A stretch of DNA of 64,000 nucleotides from an uncultured Gemmatimonadales bacterium (GTDB lineage Bacteria; Gemmatimonadota; Gemmatimonadetes; Longimicrobiales; Gaopeijiaceae). Where the stretch lies: contig CAWGKG010000022.1 of the NCBI GenBank assembly GCA_963823035.1, positions 1 through 64,000 of the forward strand, given 5' to 3'. The notes below the pieces were generated by a model, which had not been told where the DNA came from, did not search any database, and worked only from the letters and a program-made list of their open reading frames with translations. Positions 22,692-32,610 of this stretch are shown here, piece after piece. How positions within the stretch are numbered: position 1 is the stretch's first letter; the number at the start of each line of letters is the position of its first letter. A program made the translations under genes and the position numbers.

Positions 22692-23398
22692 GCGTGGGCC
22701 CCCACATGCCCGTTCATAAAGTCCTTTTCAATGATGCCGTCCTTCAGGTGCACCTGCCGCCTCGCGTACTCGGCGATGTCGTGCTCGTGCGTGACCAGCA
22801 CGATCGTCTGTCCCTCGCGGTTGAGTTCGGCGAGCTGCGTCATGATCTCCCCGCTCGTGACCGAGTCGAGGTTTCCCGTCGGCTCGTCGGCGAGGAGGAG
22901 GGCGGGTTCGTTGACCAGAGCGCGCGCAACCGCGACGCGCTGGCGCTGACCGCCGGACATCTCCGGGGGACGGTGGTCCATGCGGTCGCCCAGCCCGACG
23001 AGCGCGAGCTTCTCCGCCGCCCGTCTGCGCCGCTCCTTCGATCCGACCCCGGCGTAGATCAGCGGCAGCTCGACGTTGTGGAGCGCCGTCGCACGAGGGA
23101 GGAGGTTGAAGGTCTGGAAGACGAAGCCGATCGCCTGGTTGCGCACACGGGCGAGCTGATCGTCGGTGAGATCGCTCACGAGCTGGCCGTTGAGCCAGTA
23201 CTTGCCGGCGGTCGGCGTGTCGAGGCAGCCGATCATGTTCATGAACGTCGACTTGCCGCTGCCCGAAGGCCCCATCACGGCCACGAACTCCCCCTGATGG
23301 ATCTCGAGATCCACCCCCCGCACCGCGCGCACGGTCTCGGCGCCCAGCACGTAGTCCTTCCTCAGCCCTTCGGTACGGATGATGACGTCGTTGCTCAC
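22688..23398 (-). CDS. ABC transporter ATP-binding protein (MacB/LolD type)
   Basis: [37 protein letters not shown]. Confidence 0.93.
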   Translation of the reverse strand: MSNDVIIRTEGLRKDYVLGAETVRAVRGVDLEIHQGEFVAVMGPSGSGKSTFMNMIGCLDTPTAGKYWLNGQLVSDLTDDQLARVRNQAIGFVFQTFNLLPRATALHNVELPLIYAGVGSKERRRRAAEKLALVGLGDRMDHRPPEMSGGQRQRVAVARALVNEPALLLADEPTGNLDSVTSGEIMTQLAELNREGQTIVLVTHEHDIAEYARRQVHLKDGIIEKDFMNGHVGAHA

Positions 23399-23462
23399 GA
23401 ACCCCTCCCCGGTACGACGCCGGCCGTTGCCGGCGCCATCGCATGATCTCAGCGGGCGATGA

Positions 23463-23895
23463 CTACTCCCGATCGTCCCTCGACGAACGCTCCCCCCGGC
23501 GCTGCTCGTACTCGGCAACCACGGAGTCGTACTTCTGTGCCTGCTCTGGAGTGAGCACGCCCTTGATGGCGGTGCGCGTCTCCGCGACGAGCGCCTCGTA
23601 GCGCGGGTTGTACGCGGCGCGGAACTCGGCATGGAGCGCCTTCATCGCCGACCGATAGTTCCCTACGATCGAATCGATGCGCACCTTCTGTTCGGCGCTG
23701 GTCCCGACCTGCTCGTACAGGGGATGACGGCGCCCCTGGTCCGCGGTCCCCTGGCCCCCGTCCGCCTGGGCCATGTCCTCGGCCGGAGGGGCGCGCCAGC
23801 GAGCGGTCGAGCGCGAGGCCCAACAGCGCCCCCGCACCGAAGACCGCGGCCAGCATCACGCCCGTCACGAGACGAGTACGCAGCATACGCTCCAT
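23463..23895 (-). CDS. Spy/CpxP-like periplasmic helical protein (frameshift near 23795)
   Basis: N-terminal transmembrane segment, then TSAEQKVRI and [10 protein letters not shown] (LTxxQ-type motifs). Confidence 0.6.
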
Positions 23896-24308
23896 CAGAA
23901 CCTCTCCCCCGCGAACGCCACGGCCGAGGCCTCGTCGTCCCCCGAGAGCGCCGCCGGGAACGCCTCGTCCTCGACACCGACGAGAAGGAGGTCCTCCACC
24001 GTCGCACGCGCAGGGGTGGTCACAGGGGTGGTCTTGATGAGCACCAGGCCCGCGACCACCGCCGCGATCATGGCGGTGGGCACGACCGTGCGCGCCCACC
24101 CGGACAGCACCTCTCCGATGGTCAGCTCAGCCATCAGCCTCCGCCGTGCCAATTCACCCGCCGCCCGACCCATCACCCACGACTGGAAGCGAAGCCTGTA
24201 GTTGGGATCCCGCGTCGCCGGATCGACGAACGCCAGGGCGGAGGCGAGCTCCATATCACGGCCGAGCTCGTCGCCCACGCCGTCGCCTCCCTGCCTGTTC
24301 CCGCTCAT
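23895..24308 (-). CDS. Putative anti-sigma factor
   Basis: Single transmembrane helix (VVPTAMIAAVVAGLVLI); coupled to the sigma stop codon. Confidence 0.65.
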   Translation of the reverse strand: MSGNRQGGDGVGDELGRDMELASALAFVDPATRDPNYRLRFQSWVMGRAAGELARRRLMAELTIGEVLSGWARTVVPTAMIAAVVAGLVLIKTTPVTTPARATVEDLLLVGVEDEAFPAALSGDDEASAVAFAGERF

Positions 24309-24889
24309 CTCGAGCTCCTTGTCCCCTCGTCGGGGCTAGAAAGCGCACCGAGGGCTTCCCTCAGCGCCTTCCGGGCGAAGTGGAGATGGGACCTGACGGT
24401 TCCCGATGGAAGCCCGATACGGTCCGCGATCTCACGATGTTTCCAACCTTCCAGGTCGTGCAGTAGCACGATCTCCCTCTGCACCTCCGGGAGCGCGTCC
24501 AGCGCTTCGCGGAGCACGTTCTGGAGCTCGGAGAGCTCCGTCTGCCTGTCCGGAGTGAGCGTTCTCGAGCTCGCCCCGATCGGTACCTGGTCCGTCTCGC
24601 GCAGGACCTCGCGCCGCACCAGGTTCCTCGCGCGATTGCGGACGATCGTCATCAGCCAGCCCGCAAACTTCTCTGGACTCCGACACTCCTCGAGTCGCTG
24701 CAGCGCGACCAGGAACGACTCCTGCGCCGCGTCCTCGGCGTCCTCGTGGCGCCCGGTGACCGAGTAGGCCACCGCGTACGCCGCCCGCTGGTAACGCTCG
24801 ACGAGAAGTCCGAAGGCGCGCTCGTCGCCCCGTCTCGCCCGTCGAACCAACTCGCCGTCGTGCGGCGTATCGGACCCACTGAAGGACAC
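24305..24889 (-). CDS. ECF sigma factor 2
   Basis: DAEDAAQESF, FAGWLMTIVRN, LHDLEGWKHREIA..GTVRSHLHFARKALR. Confidence 0.92.
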   Translation of the reverse strand: MSFSGSDTPHDGELVRRARRGDERAFGLLVERYQRAAYAVAYSVTGRHEDAEDAAQESFLVALQRLEECRSPEKFAGWLMTIVRNRARNLVRREVLRETDQVPIGASSRTLTPDRQTELSELQNVLREALDALPEVQREIVLLHDLEGWKHREIADRIGLPSGTVRSHLHFARKALREALGALSSPDEGTRSSR

Positions 24890-24979
24890 CGCGCCTTAAC
24901 CCCTTGTTGAGACCCCCCCGAACCGCGGCCCGCCCGGCACCCGACGGAAACGCGAAAAGCAGCGGTACCCGTTCTTGCT

Positions 24980-25008
24980 TTGGACGATCCGACCACGAGT
25001 ACCGTTAA
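24980..25008 (-). promoter_or_regulatory. Candidate ECF promoter TTAAC-N17-CGTCCAA
   Basis: Minus strand reads ttaac ggtactcgtggtcggat cgtccaa, the AAC...CGTC layout typical of ECF promoters. Confidence 0.45.
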
Positions 25009-25046
25009 AACAAAAACCCTCCGGGTGGCGACCGCCACCCGGAGGG
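25007..25046 (-). terminator. Rho-independent terminator
   Basis: Inverted repeat CCCTCCGGGTGGCG..CGCCACCCGGAGGG followed on the minus strand by TTTTTGTTTT. Confidence 0.88.
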
Positions 25047-25071
25047 CCATTCTATACGCCGCCGCAACCGC

Positions 25072-25254
25072 CTACGCGGCGCCTCTCCAGCGTCCGTAGG
25101 GAAGCGTCGGCGTGGGGCGCACCTTGCCGCCCCAGATGAACGCGGAGATCCGCGGCTGTTGCGTCGCCGGGGGAAGACCCCGTGCGATGACGATCCCCCG
25201 CAGGGGGTCCCGCACCCGCGGCTCACGCTTCCCTTCTTCCCGACCCGTCTTCAT
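25072..25254 (-). CDS. Small basic hypothetical protein (60 aa)
   Basis: MKTGREEGKREPRVRDPLRGIVIARGLPPATQQPRISAFIWGGKVRPTPTLPYGRWRGAA; strong terminator 25 nt after the stop. Confidence 0.55.
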   Translation of the reverse strand: MKTGREEGKREPRVRDPLRGIVIARGLPPATQQPRISAFIWGGKVRPTPTLPYGRWRGAA

Positions 25255-25339
25255 CTCGCTCGGCCTCACGCGGCAAAGAGGAGCGTCCAGAGAGCGCCTG
25301 TCAGGACACCAGGCGCCCGGGTGGGGCTGGCGCACGGTT

Positions 25340-25463
25340 CGTGCCGGAACGACACGAATCGTCCAAGGTGTTGTTCCTGACAGTACTTGATGCGGATCGT
25401 CAGCACATCCGAACCCCGGTCGGAACGTGTCGTCAGGACACGGAACCGTGTCGAGAGGACACG
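25340..25463. promoter_or_regulatory. Array of palindromic operator-like sites CGTGTC-N5-GACACG
   Basis: Perfect copies at 25426-25442 and 25447-25463; one-mismatch copy at 25340-25356. Confidence 0.6.
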
Positions 25464-25523
25464 CGAGACGTCCCCCGCCGGGGACAGCCCAACACCCCGC
25501 ACGCTCGAGCGCGGTACGCGGGG

Positions 25524-26009
25524 CTAACGCTCGCCCCCGCGTCCCTTCGTGGCCGTCTCGGGGAACAGCTCCTTGCGGGCGCCGGGCTCGGGAGGGGGAC
25601 GCGACACGTCGAGGGCCCCCTCGAGCTGGCGTGCCGACAGCTCATTCAGCGTACGCGCCACCACCAGCGCCTCGCGCTCCGGCACCTCCCCCTCGGCATC
25701 CCGGAAGAACCCCAGCATCAGCAACGGCGCCGGGCCGGCGTCCGCGCCGGCCTGGCCCCGACCGCGGACGCGCACGGTCCAGGCGACGCCCTCGACGACC
25801 AGGTCCGCCGACTCGGCCTCCTTCTCCCGGGCCGGCTCGGTCTCACCCGCCTGGGTGGGCACTCCATCCCGGACCCGCGTCGGCCTCGCGTCCCCGACGA
25901 CGTCCCGCACGGACGGGGGGGTGGCACCCTCCTCGGCGCGCCTCGTCGCGTCGAGCGACCGGGCCGGGCGCGGTACCTGTGGGGCTTCCCCTGTTTCTTC
26001 GCTGCCCAT
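25524..26009 (-). CDS. Hypothetical protein
   Basis: 161-aa ORF with GAGAGGAG ribosome-binding site; folded-looking core WTVRVRGRG..LLMLGF. Confidence 0.6.
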   Translation of the reverse strand: MGSEETGEAPQVPRPARSLDATRRAEEGATPPSVRDVVGDARPTRVRDGVPTQAGETEPAREKEAESADLVVEGVAWTVRVRGRGQAGADAGPAPLLMLGFFRDAEGEVPEREALVVARTLNELSARQLEGALDVSRPPPEPGARKELFPETATKGRGGER

Positions 26010-26085
26010 CGGGGCTCCTCTCGGGGGTTCTCCAAAGATGACCGAGGTGGGGTCCTTCCCTCAAGCACGGCCGCTCCGGAGGGCG

Positions 26086-26496
26086 CTATGCGGGGTAGGC
26101 GCCCCCGAGGTCGGGGCCCTCGAAGACGCGCACCTCCACGACGCGGATCGCACCCGTGAGGTGCCGCTCGATCTCCTTGAAGACCCAGCGCGCGAGGTTC
26201 TCGGTCGACGGCGTGAGCGTCCCGTCGGCGACCGGCGGCACGCGGGCGTTCAGGTCGCCGCCGTCCCAACCTTCGGTCACGGCCGCCATAACGGCGTCGA
26301 GCGCTCCCAGGTCGACCACCCAACCGGTGCTCCGGTCGACGGTGCCCGCGACATGCACCTCCAGCAGCCAGTCGTGCGCGTGGGGCTCGGTCTGGACCCC
26401 GAATACACGGTGGTTCTCCTCCTCCGACCACCCCTCCCTGCGATAGTGGTGGGTGGCCGTGAAGCGGAGCCTGCGCACCAGGCGTCCCTCACTCAC
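26086..26496 (-). CDS. queD: 6-pyruvoyl/6-carboxy-tetrahydropterin synthase family (T-fold)
   Basis: FTATHHY, EEENHRVFG, HAHDW, GWVVDL, PSTENLARW, VRVFE. Confidence 0.75.
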   Translation of the reverse strand: MSEGRLVRRLRFTATHHYRREGWSEEENHRVFGVQTEPHAHDWLLEVHVAGTVDRSTGWVVDLGALDAVMAAVTEGWDGGDLNARVPPVADGTLTPSTENLARWVFKEIERHLTGAIRVVEVRVFEGPDLGGAYPA

Positions 26497-26614
26497 GCGC
26501 GCCCTCCCGGCAGGACAGCGCGCTTCGAGGCCTTCAACGGAGGTCGCCACCGGGCTAACGTCAGGGTCCGATCGAAGCCGTCCATCCGCCCCGCAGCGCA
26601 CGATTTCCTCACTC

Positions 26615-28735
26615 ATGTCATCCTCCCTGGATGCCCTCTTCCGTCCCACCTCGATCGCCGTGGTGGGCGCCAGCCGGCGCGCCGACACCATCGGCCATCA
26701 GATCGTGGACAACCTCCTGCGCCACGGGTACACCGGCGTGGTCTACCCGGTCAACCCCAGCGCCCGTGCCGTCCACTCCATCCCGGCCTTCCCCTCGGTC
26801 TCGGACATCCCGGGAGACGTGGACCTGGCCGTGGTGGTCGTGCCGAAGGAGCTCGTGCCCTCCGTCGTCGACGACTGCGGGAAGAAGGGCGTGCGGGGAC
26901 TCGTGGTCATCTCCGCCGGCTTCAAGGAGGTGGGCGCGGAGGGAGCCCAGCGCGAAGCGAAGCTCGGCGAGCAGACCCGCGCGCTCGGGATGCGCGTGGT
27001 GGGGCCCAACTGCATGGGGATCCTGAGCACGGACCCCGCCACGTCCATGAACGCCACCTTCGCGCCGTCGATGCCACCCGCCGGCCCGCTCAGCTTCATG
27101 AGCCAGTCCGGCGCGATGGGCGTGACGATCCTCGACTACGCCGCCGAGTACGGCATCGGCATCCACCACTTCGTCTCGGTGGGGAACAAGCTGGACGTCA
27201 GCGGCAACGACCTCGTGGAGTACTGGAAGGACGATCCGGGCACGAAGGTCATCCTCATGTACCTCGAGAACTTCGGCAACCCGCGCCGCTTCACGAAGCT
27301 GGCGCGAACGGTTTCGCGAACGAAGCCGATCGTGGTGGTGAAGTCCGGGCGCACCAAGGCGGGCGCCCGTGCGGCGGCCTCGCACACGGGCGCCCTGGCC
27401 GGCGTGGACGTCGCGATCGACGCCCTGCTGGCGCAGTGCGGCGTGCTGCGCGCCGAGTCCGTCCAGGAGCTCTTCGACATCGCGATGGCGCTCGAGGAGC
27501 AGCCCATCCCGGCGGGCAACCGGGTGGCGATCGTCACGAATGCGGGCGGACCCGGCATCATGATCGCGGACGCCTGCGAGTCGGAGGGGCTGGAGGTGGT
27601 CGAGCTGTCCGCGGTGACGCAGGAGCGTCTGCGCGAGGTCTTCCCGGCCGAAGCCTCCGTACGCAACCCCGTCGACATGATCGCGTCGGCCACCTCCGAG
27701 TCCTACCGCGTCGCGCTGGAACACATCCTCGCGGACCCCAACGTGGACGCTGCCATCGCCGCGTTCGTGCCGCCCCTGGGCGTCCGGCAGGTCGACGTGG
27801 CCTCGTCGATCGTCGAGGTCTACCGTAGCCGCTCGCCCGCCGACAAGCCCATCCTCGCGGTGCTCATGGGCCGGCACGGCCTCCCGGAGGGGCGCGCCGA
27901 GTTGCACGAGGCCGGCGTGCCCGCCTACACCTTCCCGGAATCCGCGGCGAGGGCCCTCTCCGCGATGGTACGCTATCGCCGCTGGCTCGAGCGCCCGGTG
28001 CAGGAGCCCACGCACTTCGACGTCGACGAAGCCCGCGTGCAGGGCATCCTCGACGGGGTCGCCGCGGACGGGCGTGCGAACCTCAAGGAGCACGAGGCGC
28101 TCGGGCTGCTCTCGGCGTACGGCGTGCCCGTGGTGGCGCACAACCTGTGCACGACGCACCGCGAGGCCCGGCGGGCCGCCGAGTCTTTCGGCTATCCGGT
28201 CGTGCTCAAGGCGGTCGCGCCCGGCGTGGTCCACAAGAGCGACGTGGGCGCGGTCAAGGTCGACATCCGCACGCCGGCCGAGCTGGACCTGGCCTTCGGC
28301 GACATGGTCCGCCGACTCGGGGAAGCCGAGATCGACCTCGAGGGAATCCTCGTCGAGAAGTTCGTCTCCGGTGGGCGCGAGACGATCGTCGGGCTCACCA
28401 CCGACCCCGCGTTCGGCCCCATCCTCATGTTCGGCCTCGGGGGCATCTACGTGGAGGCGCTACGGGACGTCTCCTTCCGGCTCGCGCCGCTCTCGAAGGT
28501 GGACGCCGAGGAGATGATCGGCACGATCCGTGGTGCGCGCCTGCTGGAGGAGTTCCGCGGGGAGGCCGGCGCCGACCGGAATGCCCTCGTCGAGGCGATC
28601 CAGCGGATCTCGCAACTGGTGGTCGACCATCCGCGCATCCGCGAGCTCGATGTGAACCCCCTCCTGGCCTTCACGGAGGGCGTGCTCGCGGTCGACTGCC
28701 GCGTATCCCTGCACCCGACCGAGGGCGCTCCGTGA
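26615..28735 (+). CDS. ADP-forming acetate/acyl-CoA ligase, fused alpha-beta subunits
   Basis: SIAVVGAS, GPNCMG, SQSGA, AASHTGALAG (phospho-His), TNAGG, NPVD, HKSDVG, ELDVNPL. Confidence 0.9.
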   Translation: MSSSLDALFRPTSIAVVGASRRADTIGHQIVDNLLRHGYTGVVYPVNPSARAVHSIPAFPSVSDIPGDVDLAVVVVPKELVPSVVDDCGKKGVRGLVVISAGFKEVGAEGAQREAKLGEQTRALGMRVVGPNCMGILSTDPATSMNATFAPSMPPAGPLSFMSQSGAMGVTILDYAAEYGIGIHHFVSVGNKLDVSGNDLVEYWKDDPGTKVILMYLENFGNPRRFTKLARTVSRTKPIVVVKSGRTKAGARAAASHTGALAGVDVAIDALLAQCGVLRAESVQELFDIAMALEEQPIPAGNRVAIVTNAGGPGIMIADACESEGLEVVELSAVTQERLREVFPAEASVRNPVDMIASATSESYRVALEHILADPNVDAAIAAFVPPLGVRQVDVASSIVEVYRSRSPADKPILAVLMGRHGLPEGRAELHEAGVPAYTFPESAARALSAMVRYRRWLERPVQEPTHFDVDEARVQGILDGVAADGRANLKEHEALGLLSAYGVPVVAHNLCTTHREARRAAESFGYPVVLKAVAPGVVHKSDVGAVKVDIRTPAELDLAFGDMVRRLGEAEIDLEGILVEKFVSGGRETIVGLTTDPAFGPILMFGLGGIYVEALRDVSFRLAPLSKVDAEEMIGTIRGARLLEEFRGEAGADRNALVEAIQRISQLVVDHPRIRELDVNPLLAFTEGVLAVDCRVSLHPTEGAP

Positions 28736-28825
28736 TCGAGCGTGTGCAGGGGCCGGCGTGACCCGCGACGAACGACGCCGCGCCGGGTCGGCGGGAGTTG
28801 CAGGAACACCCCCTGCCCCGCCCTA

Positions 28826-28855
28826 TTACGGGGCCTCTTCTTACGGGGCCTCTTC
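28826..28855 (+). repeat. Exact 15-bp tandem duplication
   Basis: TTACGGGGCCTCTTC x2. Confidence 0.9.
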
Positions 28856-28895
28856 GCAGCCTTCTCCTCTTCCCGCCCCCAGGGAACCCGGGTCC

Positions 28896-29366
28896 ATGGC
28901 CGATCGCGACGACTCCGAACTCCACGCGAAGCGGGAGTACTCGCAGCTGCTCCGATTGCACGAGCGGCTGCTGGTGCAGCTGCAGCGAGCGCGCGAGGAG
29001 CTGGGATCCTCCCAGACGGACGCGCTGATCCACGACATCATGCAGCGCACGGGCTCGGCACCGGACATGACCGAGATCACGAGTTCCGTGGAAGAGTCGA
29101 TCCGGGCGCTCAAGCACAGCCAGTCGATGATCCGGCAGTCGATCCTCGAGCACCACGAGCCCCTCGAGGTGGACGGGGTGCCCAACCTCCCCTCCCACCT
29201 GCAGCGCTTCCTCGCGGAGCGGGCGCAGACGCCCGGCTTCACCTACGAGGTCGTGCAGGACGAGGTGCGCGGGTGGGTGATCTGTTGGAAGGAGTACACC
29301 TCGCTCGGGACGGTGCGCGGCTACGGCCAGTTCTACGAGCGGCCGTACGCCTACCTGGAGGACTGA
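28896..29366 (+). CDS. Hypothetical protein (coiled coil plus small beta domain)
   Basis: Typical GC3-rich codon use; C-terminus GWVICWKEY..RGYGQFYERPYAYLED. Confidence 0.75.
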   Translation: MADRDDSELHAKREYSQLLRLHERLLVQLQRAREELGSSQTDALIHDIMQRTGSAPDMTEITSSVEESIRALKHSQSMIRQSILEHHEPLEVDGVPNLPSHLQRFLAERAQTPGFTYEVVQDEVRGWVICWKEYTSLGTVRGYGQFYERPYAYLED

Positions 29367-29398
29367 AGCCGGCCCGGCCTCGGCCCGAGGCCACCCGA

Positions 29399-29966
29399 TC
29401 AGATCGTGCCGGCCAGCGTGCCCCTCAACGCCTCGAGCGCCTCCTCCCCGTAGAACATGCGCACGTACTTCGCCTGCGTCGGCGTGACGCGCCGGACCGC
29501 CCACACCAGGTGCACGTAGTTGGGCTCGCGCGGCTCCGTGAGAAGCGTCATGCCCGGCCTCCTCCGGTAGCCGGTCGCCCTTCTTGTTGTTGCAGGGCGA
29601 ACAACTCGTCACGACGTTCGACCACGCGTTCGTGCCACCCCGGGACGTCGGCAGGATGTGGTCTCTGGTGAGGAACTGGCGGCCGCGCAACTGGCTGCGA
29701 TGACGCCCGCAGTACATGCAGGAGTACTCGTCGCGGGCGAAGAGGAAGGTGTTGGTGACCTGGCGGCGGAAGCGGTGGGGAACGTGGACGAAGCGGACGA
29801 GGCGGATCACGGAGGGACAGGGCACGACACGTCTCTCCGACCGGAAGCGTCTGCTTCCGTCGACCTCCAGGATCTCCGCCTTCCCGTCGAGGACGAGCCG
29901 CACAGCCCGCTTGGGAGGCACGATGGTGAGCGGCTCGAACGAGGCGTTCAACGCCAGGCAACTCAC
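29399..29966 (-). CDS. HNH endonuclease (frameshift near 29555)
   Basis: LALNASFEPL, PSVIRL, RDEYSCMYCG, TRDHILPTSRGG..WSNVVTSCSPCNNKKG. Confidence 0.88.
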
Positions 29967-30124
29967 GGCTTGCTCTCCTGGTCCCTCCCCTGGTGGAATC
30001 CGGGCCCCGACCCCGAACCGAACATAGGCCGACACGGCCCCGGGCGGCAATCCTCCGCGCCCCAGGGTTCGACTCCGTCACCCGCCCGGAACATCCCCGG
30101 GCGTGGGACCCGGTACGAGCCCCG

Positions 30125-32610
30125 TCACAGGAGCGCCACGGGGTCGCGGTCCAGCGCCAGCCGCAGGTCGCCCGCCGGGAGCGCGAACTCCTCGGCCAGG
30201 AGGCGGGAGGCGTCGCCCAGCGCGGTCGGCGCGCGGCCCACGCAGGAGGAAGTGCCAACGCCACCGCCCGTGCAGCCGCTCGATCGGCGACGGCGCCGGC
30301 CCGACCATCTCCACCGGGTCGGCGCCCCGGCGGGCCGAGCGGGCCAGCCTTGGGCGCAACCAGGCCGTCGCGGCCTCGGCGCCCCGTGCCGCGAGCTCCT
30401 GGTCGGGGCTGCTCAGAACCACGTTGACCAGCCGCACGTGCGGCGGGTAGCGCGGCCTCTCCCGCTCCGCCAGCTCGCGTGCGGCGAACCCCTCGAAGTC
30501 GTGCGCCACGGCGGCGCGCACGGCGTAGTGCTCGGGGAGCGACGTCTGGATCAACACCTCCCCACCCAGGACGCCCCTCCCCGCCCTCCCCGCCACCTGG
30601 CTGAGAAGCTGGAAGGTACGCTCGCTGGCGCGGAAGTCCGGCAGGTGGATGCCCACGTCCGCGTTCACCACGCCTACCAGCGTGACGCGTGGGAAGTCGA
30701 GCCCCTTGGCGATCATCTGCGTCCCGAGGAGGATGTCGACCTCCCCGCGCTCGACACGCCCCAGGATGCGCTGGTGGCTCCACTTCCCGGAGGTGGTGTC
30801 CACGTCCATGCGCGCGATGCGTGCGTCGGGGAACGTCTCCACCGCGATGCGCTCCACCTGCTCCGTGCCGAGCCCGCGAAAGGAGAGGTCCTGGGAGCCA
30901 CAGCTCGGGCAGCGCGTTGGCGCCGGCTGCTCGTAGCGGCAGTGGTGGCACACCAGCCGTTGCGTGACGCGGTGGTACGTGAGCGAGATCGAGCAGTTCT
31001 CGCATTGCTCCACGTCCCCGCACTCGCGGCACTGCACGAACGCGGCATAGCCGCGGCGGTTCAGGAGGAGGATCACCTGCTCGCTTCGCCGCAGGCGGAC
31101 GTCGACGGCCTCCACGAGCTCGGGCGAGAGCACCCCGGCGCCCCGCTCGGCACCGCTCCGCGTGCTCTCCTCCCGCTTGCGGCGCGCGACCCTGAGGTCC
31201 AGCACCCGCACCGCGGGAAGGCGCGCTCCACCCACCCGCTCGGGGAGGAGGAGCCGCCGGAACTTCCCCGTCCGCGCGTTGTGCCAGCTCTCGAGCGAGG
31301 GCGTGGCGCTGCCCAGCACGCACACCGCGCCGTTCGCGCGCGCCCGCATGACCGCGAGATCGCGGGCCTGGTAGCGCGGAGCTTCGGACTGCTTGTACGT
31401 GCCCTCGTGCTCCTCGTCCACCACGACCACGCCGATGTCGGAGAGCGGCGCGAAGAGCGCCGAGCGCGCGCCGATCGCGATGCGCTTCTCCCCGGCGCGC
31501 AGCTGTCTCCAGCCGTCGTAGCGCTCTCCGTCGGACAGCCCGGAGTGGAGCACCGCCACCAGGTCGCCGAAGTGTGCGCGGAAGCGGGACACCGTCTGCG
31601 GCGTGAGGGCGATCTCGGGAACGAGCACGATGGCGCTCTGTCCCGCGCTCCAACGCCCGACGCAGGAGCTCGACGTAGACGAGCGTCTTCCCGGACCCCG
31701 TCACACCCTGCAGGAGGAACGGCGCCGGCGCCGGCTCTTCGAGGGCGGCGACCAGCGCGTCGATCGCCGCGCTCTGGGCGGGCGTGGGCGTGTGGAGCGG
31801 CGGCGCCCCCACGGGCGCGTCCGCGAAGGGATCACGCAGAACCTCCTCGTCCTCGACGGCCACCAGCCCTTTCGCCTCGAGCTGGGAGACCACCCCCCGG
31901 CTGAAGCCGTGCTCCCCGGTCAGGTGCGCCAGCTCGACGGCGCCGCCCGACGCCTCCAGCAGCTCGTAGGCCTCGCGCTGACGTCCGGCGCGGCCGAAGA
32001 GCTCGTCGCGCTCGGCGAGGGTGCCCAGCTCGCGCGCGACCCGCACCACCCGACGCGTGCGCACCGACGGATCCGGACGGCGGCACCGCCTCGTGCGCGA
32101 GGATGCCGCGTGCCTCCAACTCCCGGATCTCGGGCCAGATCGAGCCCATCCCGAGCGAGCGAGCGAGCGTCTGCACGCGCTGCGGCCCCGCCTGAGACGC
32201 GAGCGCCTCCGCCAGCCGGCGCCCCCGCGGCTTCAGGTCGTCGGGCACGGAGCCGCAGAGCGCGACGTAATCCCGGGACACGTCCGAGAGCACGGCCGGG
32301 AGCGCGGCGCGCAGGGCGATGCCCAGCGGCGCCACGTAGTAGTCCGCCATCCAGCGACAGAGGGCCAGGACGTCCTGCGTGACCGTGGGGCGGTCGTCGA
32401 GGACGGCGCGCAGGGACTTGAGCCCGCGGATCTCGCCCTCCTGCGCCCGGGCCCGACCACCCACCCGATGCGCTCGCCCCGACGGAAGGGCACGAGCACG
32501 CGCGTGCCGGGGGGCGGGGGCACCCCGGACGCGCGGTACGTGAAGGTGTGGAAGATCGGGAGCGGCAGCGCGACCTCGACCCGGGCCGCCCGCTCCGCCG
32601 CTCGGCTCAA
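30125..32610 (-). CDS. priA: Primosomal protein N' (several indels)
   Basis: GVTGSGKT, LVPEIALTPQ, VDEEH, GSATPS, LNRRG, four CxxC pairs, GTQMIAKGLDF, QVAGRAGR. Confidence 0.95.

Noticed and set aside
25272..25345. Sigma-54 promoter paired with the palindrome array
   Set aside because: The candidate TGG...TGC elements on both strands have GG-N12-GC spacing, not the required GG-N10-GC.
25340..25463. CRISPR array
   Set aside because: The repeats are only 17 bp with 4-nt and 69-nt gaps, and no cas genes are present.
29399..29966. HNH gene as a mobile or defence element
   Set aside because: It is a common stand-alone LNA.EPL-type HNH family member with host-like codon use, and has no flanking repeats or partner genes.
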